A DNA stretch of 64,000 bases, taken from NCBI GenBank assembly GCA_044222475.1, contig JBGANF010000010.1:1-64000 (forward strand). The letters run 5' to 3'. Under the pieces are notes generated by a model, which saw only the letters and a list, made by a program, of their open reading frames with translations, ran no database searches and was not told the origin of the DNA. This document shows positions 51,324 through 60,912 of the stretch, piece after piece (within the stretch, counting starts at the first letter, position 1; each line of letters begins with the position of its first letter). Both the position numbers and the translations under genes were made by a program. The stretch is from Polyangiaceae bacterium (GTDB lineage Bacteria; Myxococcota_A; Polyangia; Polyangiales; Polyangiaceae).

Positions 51324-51816
51324 TCGCGGCCTTCGGTTTCAGCGGCGCGTAGGCCGGTTGGCCGGGGAGCTGCTCTCCGCTCGGGACGGCCACGAGCACC
51401 TCGTCGGAGCTCTGATCCGAGAGCTTCGTGGCCTGATCCGGGTCCAACCACAGGGTCCGGCACTTGACCGCGCCGAGCACCGAGTCGACGTCTTGCCGCA
51501 GGTAATAGTTACGCCCAGCCTCGACGACCATCGTCTGCGTGTCCGCGGTGTCGGCGTCGGACACGATGTGATGCTCACCCGGCTCCGCCAGGTAGCAGAA
51601 GCGCGTCCCGCCGCGCGTCGCGCCGACGAGGGTGCCGTTGTCGCGTACGGCGAACGTCACGCCTCCGGCCTCGGCGCCGGGGCGGATGACGCAGATCCGA
51701 GCGCGCCCCTCCGGGACCGCGCCGGTCAGCGGGAGCGAACCCTCCCGCTTCTCGAGCGACCACGCGGAGCACCCCGTCACGGCGACGAGGCCAAAGAGGA
51801 GAACGAGCCGGCGCAT
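51310..51816 (-). CDS. DUF2846-like lipoprotein
   Basis: Lipobox TGC; A.I.V.RP...DNG..VG...PGEH.I...AG..YY. Confidence 0.65.
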   Translation of the reverse strand: MRRLVLLFGLVAVTGCSAWSLEKREGSLPLTGAVPEGRARICVIRPGAEAGGVTFAVRDNGTLVGATRGGTRFCYLAEPGEHHIVSDADTADTQTMVVEAGRNYYLRQDVDSVLGAVKCRTLWLDPDQATKLSDQSSDEVLVAVPSGEQLPGQPAYAPLKPKAAIGSN

Positions 51817-51837
51817 ACGACGAAAGGGAGTGTAGCG

Positions 51838-52944
51838 CTATTTCACGAAATGCATGACCAGCACCGCCAGCCCGATCCCGACCACGAGAAACGCGACGGC
51901 CACCCCCACGAGCAGCGGCGTCCCCGAGCGGCGCGCCGGAGGCACCGCGGTCTTCGCCTCGTCGTCGCTCGTCTTCTCGAGCGCAGCGACCGACGACGGA
52001 GCCGACGGCGTCGGATCCGGCGCGGACGCGGGCGGGCGCGGCGTGAGCGGCGGCGGCATCACGTTCTTGCCCTCGAGCACCGCGCCGAGCGCTGCCCCGA
52101 ACTCGCTCACCGAGCCGAAGCGATCCTCGGGCTTCTTCGACAGCGCCTTGTCGATGATCTGATCGAGCAACGGCGGGAACGTCTTCCCCGCCACGCGCTG
52201 CGACAGCGGGATCGGCTTCGTCGACACGTGGAACGCGAGGAAATCCATCGCCGACTTCGCCTCGAACGGGAGCTTCCCGGTGAGGACCTCGTAGAGGATG
52301 ACGGCGAGCGAGTACTGATCGCTCGACGGGTCCAACGTCTTTCCCTGAGCTTGCTCGGGGCTCATGAACTCCGGCGTGCCGAAGACCATGCCCTCTTGCG
52401 TGAGGATGACCGACCCGGGGCGCATCTCGCGCTCGGTGACCTTCGCCAACCCGAAGTCGAGAACCTTCGGGAAGTCCTTCATGCCGCCGGTCTGGCAGAG
52501 GAAGATGTTCTCCGGCTTCAGATCGCGGTGCACGATCCCGAGCCGATGCGCCTCTTCGAGCGCGCCGCACACCTGAACCATCACCGGGAGCGCGCGCTGA
52601 ATCGGGAACGGCCCCTCGGCCCGGACCGTTTGGTTCAGGTTCTTGCCTTCGAGAAACTCCATCACGATGTACAGCGATCCGTCGTCGAGCTCGCCGTACA
52701 GGAACACCTTCACCGTGTTCGGGTGCGTCAGGTGGCTCATCGCCCGCGCTTCGCGGCGGAATCGCGACGCGAGGTCCTTGCGGTTCGTGAGCTTCGGGTG
52801 GAGGATCTTGACCCCCACCATCCGGTTCATCTCGGGTTGGAGCGCCTTGTAGACCGCGCCCATCCCACCGGATCCGATCTTTTGGAGGATCTGGAATTGG
52901 CCGTTAAGAATGTCACGACCGATGAACGGATCCGCCTGCGCCAT
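51838..52944 (-). CDS. Ser/Thr protein kinase with C-terminal TM
   Basis: IGSGGMGAVY, VKIL, HRDLKPEN, DFG, GTPEFMSPEQ. Confidence 0.93.
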   Translation of the reverse strand: MAQADPFIGRDILNGQFQILQKIGSGGMGAVYKALQPEMNRMVGVKILHPKLTNRKDLASRFRREARAMSHLTHPNTVKVFLYGELDDGSLYIVMEFLEGKNLNQTVRAEGPFPIQRALPVMVQVCGALEEAHRLGIVHRDLKPENIFLCQTGGMKDFPKVLDFGLAKVTEREMRPGSVILTQEGMVFGTPEFMSPEQAQGKTLDPSSDQYSLAVILYEVLTGKLPFEAKSAMDFLAFHVSTKPIPLSQRVAGKTFPPLLDQIIDKALSKKPEDRFGSVSEFGAALGAVLEGKNVMPPPLTPRPPASAPDPTPSAPSSVAALEKTSDDEAKTAVPPARRSGTPLLVGVAVAFLVVGIGLAVLVMHFVK

Positions 52945-52984
52945 CGCGAACGACAGTAGGTATCACAATCTCAGGATCAAGTGC

Positions 52985-53704
52985 ATGCCCCTCCCCGTCG
53001 CCATCGAGTCCTCGCGCCTCCGCGCACTCGGATTTCGTCATGGTTTCGCGACCCGCGCGCTCGATTTCTCGGCGCGCCTGACACCCGAGGAGCGCGCGGA
53101 GCACGCGCAGACGTTGGCGCTCCTGCTGCGCTACGAACCGAGTCGACTCTTCCAGGTGTCCCAGGTGCACGGCGGCACCGCCCTTCTCGCCGAGGGGGCT
53201 CCGTCGGCGTTCGCCGCGCGCGAAGCCGACGCGCTCGTCGCGACGACGCGCGACGACGCCGTCGGCGTTCGCGTCGCCGATTGCGTCCCGGTGCTCCTCG
53301 CCGATCCGGAGAGCGGCGCCGTGGCAGCCGTCCACGCGGGATGGCGCGGCATCGTGGCCGGCATCAGCGAGTCGGCCATCGCGCTCGCGAGCGAGCGCGG
53401 CGCTCGATTCCGCGTCGGTGCGATCGGTCCGTGCATCGGCGCGTGCTGCTTCGAGGTCGGTCACGACGTCGCCGCGAAGATCGCCGAAGCCACCGGCGCC
53501 GACGTCGTCGACCGAACGACCGACGCGAAGGCGTGGGTGAATCTGCGCCGCGCCGTTCGCGCGACGCTCGTCCGCGCCGGCGTCACCGAGATCGAAGACG
53601 TCGGTGGCTGCACCAAGTGCTCGTCGGAGATCTACTTCTCGCACCGCCGTGACGGCGAGCTCGCGGGTCGCCACCTAGCGGTGATCGCCGCTGGCCGTCG
53701 CTGA
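52985..53704 (+). CDS. pgeF: YfiH/PgeF family (polyphenol oxidase-like, purine nucleoside phosphorylase) protein
   Basis: HGFATR, QVHG, ADCVPVL, HAGWRG, IGPCI...FEVG, CT, FSHRR. Confidence 0.88.
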   Translation: MPLPVAIESSRLRALGFRHGFATRALDFSARLTPEERAEHAQTLALLLRYEPSRLFQVSQVHGGTALLAEGAPSAFAAREADALVATTRDDAVGVRVADCVPVLLADPESGAVAAVHAGWRGIVAGISESAIALASERGARFRVGAIGPCIGACCFEVGHDVAAKIAEATGADVVDRTTDAKAWVNLRRAVRATLVRAGVTEIEDVGGCTKCSSEIYFSHRRDGELAGRHLAVIAAGRR

Positions 53705-53707
53705 CGT

Positions 53708-54391
53708 TCAGCTGGTCTTCGGCGCGCCGGCCTGGCGCTTGAAGCCGTCGAGGATGAGATCGAGCCCGAACTCGAAGATCGCGTCGAAGTGGGCCGGCGA
53801 CAGGAGCGCCCCGACCTTGGCCAGCCGCGGCACGGCCGCTTCCGCCTCGGCCTCGGTTCCTTGCGCCGTCTCGGCGTGACGCGCGGCGTAGTTCGTCCCC
53901 GCGATCTCGTCGAGCGCGGTCCCGCTGGTGAAGTTGCCGACGGTTCGAAAGAGCTGCACCGCGAGCTTGGGCTCGAAGCCTTCGTCGAGCAGCGCGCCGA
54001 AGAGCGCGTCGAGCAGCGCTTTGGTCGCGTCCGTGTCGAAGCGGCGCATCGCGACGAGCGGGAACGCGTTCGGGTGGATGCGCGCGAGCGCGCGGTAGGA
54101 GCGAGCGAAGCCGCGCACGCGCTCGACCCAACCGGGTCCGGCGGGGGGCACCTCGACCTTGCGCATGATGCGATCGACCACCGCGTCGAGGAGGACGTCC
54201 TTGCTCGCGAAGTGGTTGTAGATCGCCATCGCCTCGCAGCCGAGCGCGCGCCCGATCTGCCGAGTGCTGAGCTCTTCGAGACCGTGCGCGTCGATGAGCG
54301 ACAACGCGGTCGCGGCGATTCGATCGCGCGAGAGGGGCTCGCGCCGCTTGCGCTCTTTCTTTTCGACCTTGGGGGTGACCTTGCGCCGCAT
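53708..54391 (-). CDS. TetR-family regulator with TetR_C domain
   Basis: LSRDRI...A..LID..GL..LS.R.IG..LG..AMAIY.HF.SK..LL; F.FGLD.IL.G. Confidence 0.88.
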   Translation of the reverse strand: MRRKVTPKVEKKERKRREPLSRDRIAATALSLIDAHGLEELSTRQIGRALGCEAMAIYNHFASKDVLLDAVVDRIMRKVEVPPAGPGWVERVRGFARSYRALARIHPNAFPLVAMRRFDTDATKALLDALFGALLDEGFEPKLAVQLFRTVGNFTSGTALDEIAGTNYAARHAETAQGTEAEAEAAVPRLAKVGALLSPAHFDAIFEFGLDLILDGFKRQAGAPKTS

Positions 54392-54514
54392 GTTTCGAGG
54401 GCGGAAGACTAGACCGGCGCCGGGGCGAAACGGAACCCCGACGTGTACGCCCGCGCGACGTTGGAGTTTCATCTAGAAATATCGGGCTCTTGTGGGCGCT
54501 GGACACCGATGTAT

Positions 54515-54525
54515 TTACGTTGTAA
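54515..54525. promoter_or_regulatory. TTAC-N3-GTAA palindrome; candidate TetR operator
   Basis: TTACGTTGTAA in an AT-rich patch of the divergent intergenic region. Confidence 0.45.
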
Positions 54526-54536
54526 GCTGCTGCCCG

Positions 54537-54719
54537 ATGATGGGAACGACGCCGAACGTCCCGGTTTCCGGGACGACCCGAGCCCTCGCGACGCCGGCAA
54601 TTGCCGAGGTGCCGACGCCTGCGCGGCACCCGCTGCCGCGTTCGTACTCGAGCGAAGCCGACCGAACCCTGGTCGAGCGCCTTACGACGTTTTTCCAGCC
54701 GCCCAGCGACGTCCTCTGA
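54537..54719 (+). CDS. Possible small protein (60 aa)
   Basis: ATG just after the palindrome and a TAAGCT box; fills the intergenic gap; no recognisable motif. Confidence 0.3.
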   Translation: MMGTTPNVPVSGTTRALATPAIAEVPTPARHPLPRSYSSEADRTLVERLTTFFQPPSDVL

Positions 54720-54755
54720 TCCCTCGAACGCGCGCATGTGACTAGGATGGCGGCG

Positions 54756-55193
54756 ATGATGGAGATCGCGCAGCTGACCCAGCTCATGGAGGAGTTCATC
54801 CCCTTCAATCGCCACCTCGGGATCAAGGTCACCGGCTGCGAGCCGGGGCGCGCGCACCTGACCCTTCCGTTCAAGGACCACTTCATCGGCGATCCGCTCC
54901 GGCCCGCGCTGCACGGCGGCGTGCTCAGCACCATGGTCGACGTGTCCGGCGGCCTCGCCGTCTGGACGAACCTCCTCGACCCGCGCGGGCGCGTGTCGAC
55001 GATCGATCTCCGCATCGACTACCTGCGTCCGGCGCGACTCGAGACCGTCGACGCCGTCGCGGTCGTCGTGCGTCAGGGCAACCGCGTCGCCGTCGTCGAC
55101 GTCCGGCTCTTCCACCCCCAGCGATCCGAGGAGACGATCGCCACCGGGAAGTGCGTCTACAACGTCACGATCGTCAAAGACAAGAAGGCCTGA
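54756..55193 (+). CDS. PaaI-family hotdog-fold thioesterase
   Basis: PFN..LG, LHGGVLSTMVD..GG, STIDLRIDYLRP. Confidence 0.88.
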   Translation: MMEIAQLTQLMEEFIPFNRHLGIKVTGCEPGRAHLTLPFKDHFIGDPLRPALHGGVLSTMVDVSGGLAVWTNLLDPRGRVSTIDLRIDYLRPARLETVDAVAVVVRQGNRVAVVDVRLFHPQRSEETIATGKCVYNVTIVKDKKA

Positions 55194-55250
55194 CCGCGTC
55201 ACCGCCGACGCGCCTGCCCCGAAAAACCCGGTGTCGGCTCACTCGAGCCA

Positions 55251-55266
55251 TGGCATGCGGCGTGCT
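55251..55266 (+). promoter_or_regulatory. Sigma54 -24/-12 promoter for the Cys-rich operon
   Basis: TGGCATGCGGCGTGCT (GG-N10-GC) upstream of an AGGAGG RBS. Confidence 0.55.
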
Positions 55267-55289
55267 CTAGCTCCTCCCAGGAGGCGCTC

Positions 55290-55658
55290 ATGTCGCTCAA
55301 GTTCTTCTTCGCTCTTCTTTCGGCAGGTGCGATCGCGGTCTCGGCGTGCGCGAGCACGTCGAGCAGCGAGTGCACCACCGGCTCCGCGTGTGGCGCGTGC
55401 AGCACGGCTGGTTCTTGCGATCGTCAGTGCATCGGGGGAGGATGCTCCTTTCAATGCACGAGCGCTGGGAGCTGCAATTTCGCCTGTCCGGACGGGAAAT
55501 GCACGGTGACGGCGACCGGTCCGGGATCGGTGAACCTCTCGTGCGCGGGCGGGGGCTGCACGATCGACTGCCGGGGCACCGGGAGCTGCAACATCCTCGA
55601 CTGCGCGGGCGGTGGCTGCACGTGCAACCGAACCGGAACCGGATCGTGCAATCCCTGA
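55290..55658 (+). CDS. Cys-repeat lipoprotein 1
   Basis: AGGAGG RBS, lipobox VSAC, 18 further Cys in regular spacing. Confidence 0.8.
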   Translation: MSLKFFFALLSAGAIAVSACASTSSSECTTGSACGACSTAGSCDRQCIGGGCSFQCTSAGSCNFACPDGKCTVTATGPGSVNLSCAGGGCTIDCRGTGSCNILDCAGGGCTCNRTGTGSCNP

Positions 55659-56092
55659 CGCGAGTCCTCGCCACGCTGGTGCTCGCCGCGACGGCAGGCT
55701 GCGCGTACGACTGGTCCGTCGGCGAAGGCGACGCGAGCGCTCCCCCCGGAAACGACGGCGGCGGCGGCTGCGGCAACTGCGCCGCGAGCTGCACGAGCGG
55801 CAAGTGCACGCCCGTGTGCGAGAGCAACACCTGCAAGCTCGGGTGCAGCGTGACGACGTGCAGCGGAACCTGCGCCGCGGGGCAGTCGTGCAACCTCGGC
55901 TGTTCGGCGAGCACGTGCAATCTCACGTGCCAAACTGGGTCCAGCTGCGACGTCGCGTGCTCGGCCAGCACGTGTCACGTGACCTGCGCCGCCGGAGCGA
56001 CGTGCAGGGTCTCTTGCCCGGTATCGGCGACGTGCACGATGGATTGCCCCGCCGGGGCGACGTGCTCCTGTACCGGCGCGGGGTGCCCGTGA
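55646..56092 (+). CDS. Cys-repeat lipoprotein 2
   Basis: GTG at 55646, lipobox TAGC, 24 further Cys in regular spacing. Confidence 0.78.
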   Translation: MQSLTRVLATLVLAATAGCAYDWSVGEGDASAPPGNDGGGGCGNCAASCTSGKCTPVCESNTCKLGCSVTTCSGTCAAGQSCNLGCSASTCNLTCQTGSSCDVACSASTCHVTCAAGATCRVSCPVSATCTMDCPAGATCSCTGAGCP

Positions 56093-57081
56093 GACGCGCA
56101 CGGTGGGCGTTCGTCGTCGCGCTCCTCGCCGCCACCGCGACGTCGGTCGCCTCGGCCGAGACGGCGAAGGAGGCCTACGAAGAGGGCACCAAGGCCCACA
56201 AAGCCGGCGACTTCGCCCGCGCCGCCGCTGCATTCGCCCGCGCCGACTCCCTTTCGCCGAACGACGTCGCGCTCAAGGCTGCACTCGACGCAGCCGTGAA
56301 GGCCGACGATCCCATCCTCGGCGCGGAGCTCCTCGATCGCGCGCGATCGCGGACCCTCGGCGCGGCTGCGCAAGCGAGCGTCACCGCAGCCACCGCGAAG
56401 CTCGCCCACCGGACCGGGTTCATCCGGGTCGTCTGCGCGGCACGGTGCTCGGTCACGATCGACGGGAAAGACGCGACGCCCGCCGCCGACGTTCGTACCA
56501 CATTGGGACCACATGCCGTCGTCGCGCGTTTCGATGGCGCGCAGGAGTCGAGCTCGAGCGTCGTCGTCGTCGCCGACCAGACGTCGCTCGTCCAAGCGGC
56601 GCCCCCCGCACCGCCCCCGCCAGCCACGACGACACCGCCACCGCCGACGACGGTCGCCCCCCCGGCGCCGACGTTCTACGCGCCAGCGCCGCCGCCGGAT
56701 GGCTTCCAACCGCCGCCGCCCGACACCGACCAGCAGCGCGGCGGCGGCGGCATCCACCCGGCGCTCTTCTTCGTCGGCCTCGGTCTCACCGTCGCCACCG
56801 GCGCGACGACGCTCGGCTTGGGCCTCTGGACGGCGTCGATTCACTCCGACTTCGGCGATCGAGGCTGCGCGACCGCCGCGTACGCCGGCTGCAATGGGCT
56901 CGCCAGCGAGGGCAAGGGCGCACAGCTCGCGACGAACGTCCTCGGCGGCGTGACCGGTGGGCTCGCGCTCACCACCATCATCATCGGGATCTTCACCCGA
57001 TGGCACAAGCCCACGCCAGTGTTCGTCACGCATCTGGGAGTTGGGGACGGTCTCGGGATCTCGGTCTCGGGACGCTTCTGA
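56089..57081 (+). CDS. Secreted TPR/PEGA-like protein with Pro-rich linker and C-terminal hydrophobic segments
   Basis: GTG overlapping the upstream stop, signal peptide, TPR-like helix pair, V.IDG...GPH PEGA-like segment. Confidence 0.7.
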   Translation: MRRARWAFVVALLAATATSVASAETAKEAYEEGTKAHKAGDFARAAAAFARADSLSPNDVALKAALDAAVKADDPILGAELLDRARSRTLGAAAQASVTAATAKLAHRTGFIRVVCAARCSVTIDGKDATPAADVRTTLGPHAVVARFDGAQESSSSVVVVADQTSLVQAAPPAPPPPATTTPPPPTTVAPPAPTFYAPAPPPDGFQPPPPDTDQQRGGGGIHPALFFVGLGLTVATGATTLGLGLWTASIHSDFGDRGCATAAYAGCNGLASEGKGAQLATNVLGGVTGGLALTTIIIGIFTRWHKPTPVFVTHLGVGDGLGISVSGRF

Positions 57082-57108
57082 GCTAGACTGCGTTAGAGTG
57101 TGTGCGCG

Positions 57109-58662
57109 ATGACCGAGCGTCGGTACGAGCCGATCCTGAAGCTCGCCGCCGGCGGAATGGCGACGGTGTTCGTGGGTACCGCCCGCGGCGCCATGGGATT
57201 CCGTCAGCTCGTCGCGCTCAAGCAGCCGCACAAGCATCTGCTCGAGGATCCCCTGTACCGCAAGGAGCTCGTCGCCGAAGCGCGGCTCGCGTCGTTGATC
57301 CACCACGCGAACGTCGTCGACGTGCGCGACATCGAGATCGACGGCGACGAGATCACGCTCGTCATGGACTACATCGAGGGCGCGTCGCTCTCCGAGCTCC
57401 TCATGATCGGCCTGCGCGGCGGCCCGCGGGTACCGCCGGCGGTCGCGATTCGGATCATCCTCGACGCGTGCGCCGGTCTTCACGCCGCCCACGACATCGT
57501 CGACGAGAAGGGGCGCGCCGTGGGCCTGGTCCATCGCGACGTGTCGCCGCAGAACATCCTCATCGGGCTCGACGGCACCGCGCGCGTCTCGGACTTCGGC
57601 GTCGCGAAGCTCACCAGCGGTCAGTCGACCGCCCACGGAACGCTCAAGGGAAAGCTCGCGTACATGGCGCCCGAGTATCTCCGGAACGAGCGCGTCGACC
57701 GCCGCCTCGACGTGTTCGCTCTCGGCGTCGTCCTCTGGGAGGCGCTCGCTTACGATCGACTCTTCCGTGGGCAGCACGACGCCGACACGCTGCGAAAGGT
57801 GCTCGAGCATCGGGCGCCGCGGCTGTCCGAGGTGGCCCCGGAGCTCGGCACCGAGCTCGACTCGGTCGTCGAGACCGCGCTCGCCAAGGATCGCGATGCG
57901 CGCTTCCAGAGCGCGCTCGCCTTCGCTACCGCGCTCGAGGCGAGCGCGCGTCGAGCGGGTCTCGTCGCGTCCCACGCCGAGGTCGCCGAGGTCGTCCGGT
58001 CGATGATGGGAGCGCCGATCGAAGAGCGACGCCAGGCGATCCGCAAGAAGATGGCCGAAGAGCCGTCGCTCCTCAGCTTCATGAAGAGCGATGCGCCGCC
58101 CGAGGTCGCCGCGCTCAATCGGCCGAACCCCGATCTCATCGCCACCGTGGCACCGGCGACCAAGCCGACGATGGACACGCTGCCGATCGACCAGCCGACC
58201 CCGCCACCGGCCGTCACGCTCCCGCTGGCTCAGCCCACCGGTTCGCGACCGGCGCTGGCGGCGTCCCAACCGTCGATCCCACCGCACGAAGAGCCGTCGC
58301 GGCCGTTCGATCCGATGTCGATCTCGCAGCTGCCTTCGACCCCGAAGCGCTCGCTCGCGGTTCCGGTGACCATCGTGATCGCGCTCGTGATCGTCCTCGG
58401 TGGCGTCGCGACCTGGACCGCGACGCGAAGCTCCGAGCCGTCACCCACGACGACGCCGAGCATCACGTCGACTCCGACGGTCGCGGCATCGGCGTCCTCG
58501 GCGGCGTCGACGGCATCGGCAAGCGCGGCCTCGAGCGCGCTCGCTCCGCTGACGACGAAACCGCTCCCACACGGAACGCACGCCGCACCGCACTCGAGCA
58601 CGACCGGCACGGTACCCCCCAAGCCGACCGGCACCGACGATCCGCCGCCGAACCCCTACTGA
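57109..58662 (+). CDS. Transmembrane Ser/Thr protein kinase
   Basis: LAAGGMATV, VALK, HRDVSPQN, DFG, GKLAYMAPE; TM and S/T/P-rich tail ending PNPY. Confidence 0.92.
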   Translation: MTERRYEPILKLAAGGMATVFVGTARGAMGFRQLVALKQPHKHLLEDPLYRKELVAEARLASLIHHANVVDVRDIEIDGDEITLVMDYIEGASLSELLMIGLRGGPRVPPAVAIRIILDACAGLHAAHDIVDEKGRAVGLVHRDVSPQNILIGLDGTARVSDFGVAKLTSGQSTAHGTLKGKLAYMAPEYLRNERVDRRLDVFALGVVLWEALAYDRLFRGQHDADTLRKVLEHRAPRLSEVAPELGTELDSVVETALAKDRDARFQSALAFATALEASARRAGLVASHAEVAEVVRSMMGAPIEERRQAIRKKMAEEPSLLSFMKSDAPPEVAALNRPNPDLIATVAPATKPTMDTLPIDQPTPPPAVTLPLAQPTGSRPALAASQPSIPPHEEPSRPFDPMSISQLPSTPKRSLAVPVTIVIALVIVLGGVATWTATRSSEPSPTTTPSITSTPTVAASASSAASTASASAASSALAPLTTKPLPHGTHAAPHSSTTGTVPPKPTGTDDPPPNPY

Positions 58663-59396
58663 TCGACCGCGTCGGGCCCGAAGACCTCGACGTCGACGCC
58701 GGACGCGTAGTGGACCGTCTCCGGCATGCCGGTCACGCCACCGGGGACGCCGTCGGCGAGGACGAGCTCGTCGTGGACCGAGTGCACGACCGCGCGCTGG
58801 GCCGGATACGGCACGTGGTGCACGTGGCCGCGGAAGACCTGCCCCTTCTTCTCGAGGAAGAGGTAGTAGCGCTCGAGGAGGAAGTGCTCGAGTGTCCCAA
58901 CTTGGGACGGGCCGAGGAGCTCGCCGAGCGAGTACTCGACCTCGAACCGCGCGCCTCCCGACTTTCGCGCGGTCGCGTACTTGACGCGATCGCCGACCTT
59001 CTCCGAGCTCATCTCGGCGAAGTGGTACGGGAGGCCCCACACGAACCGCGCGACGCGCACCGCGAGCCACGAGCTCGCCTCGAGCGAGAGGAAGAACACC
59101 CCCGGCTTGCCGCGGTGGTGGACGTACGTGCGCACGTTGGTCTCGAGGAACTCGAGCCCGGCGCGCTTCGGCATCCACGCCGATCGGATGTCGTCCATCC
59201 GAAACGGGACCATGCCGACGTACGCCCGCCCGTCGTAGAGATCGAGCTCGAGCGACTTGGGCACGAGCGGGCGGATGACCTCGGGCGCGAACGTCCAGTG
59301 GAGGAAGAGGAGCTCGGTCCACTTCTGCGTGCCGGCGTTGTCTCCCTCGGGGCGCTTCGTCGGCGACACCCGGTCGAGGTCGAGGAACGGCCCCAT
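58656..59396 (-). CDS. YqjF/DUF2071 family protein
   Basis: Q.W.ELLFLHW, GMVPF.M, F.ETNVRTYV, GVFFLSL, LPY, FLLERY; ATG at 59396. Confidence 0.85.
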   Translation of the reverse strand: MGPFLDLDRVSPTKRPEGDNAGTQKWTELLFLHWTFAPEVIRPLVPKSLELDLYDGRAYVGMVPFRMDDIRSAWMPKRAGLEFLETNVRTYVHHRGKPGVFFLSLEASSWLAVRVARFVWGLPYHFAEMSSEKVGDRVKYATARKSGGARFEVEYSLGELLGPSQVGTLEHFLLERYYLFLEKKGQVFRGHVHHVPYPAQRAVVHSVHDELVLADGVPGGVTGMPETVHYASGVDVEVFGPDAVDQ

Positions 59397-59404
59397 TCGC
59401 TGAC

Positions 59405-60808
59405 TCAGGCCGGCGGAGCGACGCTGCCGCTCGCGCCGCTGCCCTTGGCGAGGAAGTCGATCAGGTCGATCTTGGCGATGATCCCGACGAGCTCGTCGCG
59501 CTCGGTCACCATGGCGACCTTCGCGTCGGCGAGGGCGGCCTGGAGGAGCTCGATCTTCGTGTCGGGCGTGACGGTGGCGTAGTCGCTCTCGGCGATCTCG
59601 CCGACGGGAGACTCGAGCGTCTTCTTGCCGCTCACGAGGTGACGGAGCAGGTCGACCTCGGCCACGATGCCGCGGAGCTTGCCGTCGTCGACGACCGGGA
59701 GCTGGCTGATCCCGCTCGACTTCAGGATGTCGATGGCCTCGCGCACCGTGGTCTTCACCTGCGCCGTGACGAGCTTGCCGCGGTAGCGCTTGCCGAGCAC
59801 GTCCTTGACGGTGCCGAGGCCCGGGTTCTCTTCGAGGAAGCCGTTCTCGCGCATCCAGTCGTCGTTGAAGATCTTCGACACGTACTTGTTGCCGCCGTCG
59901 GCGAGGAACACGAGGAGCTTCTGACCCTTCTTCTCGTTCTCCTTCGCCCACTTGATCGCGCCGGCGACGGCCGCGCCGCCGGAGCCGCCGACGAAGAGCC
60001 CCTCTTGGCGCGTGAGCTCGCGCGTCATGAGGAAGCACTCCTTGTCGTCGACGCGGACGATGTCGTCGAGGATCTTCAGGTTCATCGTCGTCGGGAAGAA
60101 GTCCTCGCCGATGCCTTCGACCTTGTACGAGAACGGCTTCGTGATCCGCTGCGTCTTGACGAAGTCGTAGTAGAGCGAGCCGACCGGATCGACGCCGACG
60201 ATCTTGATCGACGGCTTCTTCTCCTTGAGGAACTTCCCGGTGCCGCTCAGCGTGCCGCCGGTCCCCATGCCGGCGAGGAAGACGTCGAAGTCACCGTCGG
60301 TCTGGCGCCAGATCTCCGGCCCGGTGGAGACGTAGTGCGCCTCGGGGTTGGCCGGGTTGTGGTACTGGTTCGCGTAGAAGCAGTTCGGCGTCTCGACCGA
60401 CAAGCGCTTGGCGACCTGGTAGTAGCTGCGCGGGTCGTCGGCTTCGACGGCGGTGGGGCAGACGACGACCTTCGCGCCGAACGCGCGCAGGTTCGAGATC
60501 TTCTCCTGGCTCATCTTGTCGGGCATGACGAAGATGCACTTGTAGCCGCGCACCGCGGCGAGGAGAGCCAACGAGGCGCCGGTGTTTCCGCTCGTCGCCT
60601 CGACGATGGTGCCGCCCGGCTTGAGCCCGCCCTCTTCGGCGCGGCGAAGGAGGTTCGCCGCCAGGCGGTCCTTGTGGCTGCCGCCGGGGTTCAGGTACTC
60701 GCACTTGACGTAGATCTCGCAGTCGAGCCCGGCGGTCACCTTGTTCAGGCGGACGATGGGGGTGTTGCCGACGGCCTTGGTGATGTCCTCGATGGCGCCC
60801 TTCATCAT
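59405..60808 (-). CDS. Cystathionine beta-synthase with C-terminal CBS domains
   Basis: GNTP.VRL, NPGGSHKDR, EATSGNTG, GMGTGGT, YKVEGIGED, tandem CBS pair. Confidence 0.9.
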   Translation of the reverse strand: MMKGAIEDITKAVGNTPIVRLNKVTAGLDCEIYVKCEYLNPGGSHKDRLAANLLRRAEEGGLKPGGTIVEATSGNTGASLALLAAVRGYKCIFVMPDKMSQEKISNLRAFGAKVVVCPTAVEADDPRSYYQVAKRLSVETPNCFYANQYHNPANPEAHYVSTGPEIWRQTDGDFDVFLAGMGTGGTLSGTGKFLKEKKPSIKIVGVDPVGSLYYDFVKTQRITKPFSYKVEGIGEDFFPTTMNLKILDDIVRVDDKECFLMTRELTRQEGLFVGGSGGAAVAGAIKWAKENEKKGQKLLVFLADGGNKYVSKIFNDDWMRENGFLEENPGLGTVKDVLGKRYRGKLVTAQVKTTVREAIDILKSSGISQLPVVDDGKLRGIVAEVDLLRHLVSGKKTLESPVGEIAESDYATVTPDTKIELLQAALADAKVAMVTERDELVGIIAKIDLIDFLAKGSGASGSVAPPA

Positions 60809-60912
60809 GGTCTGGCCCAGATAGCCCATTCCCGTGCGGGCGGGAACTGGCGCATGTATTTGCGTAGCGTCGGCAAATAGATGTGGTAGGAACAGCGCCT
60901 CCGGAGGGCGCC

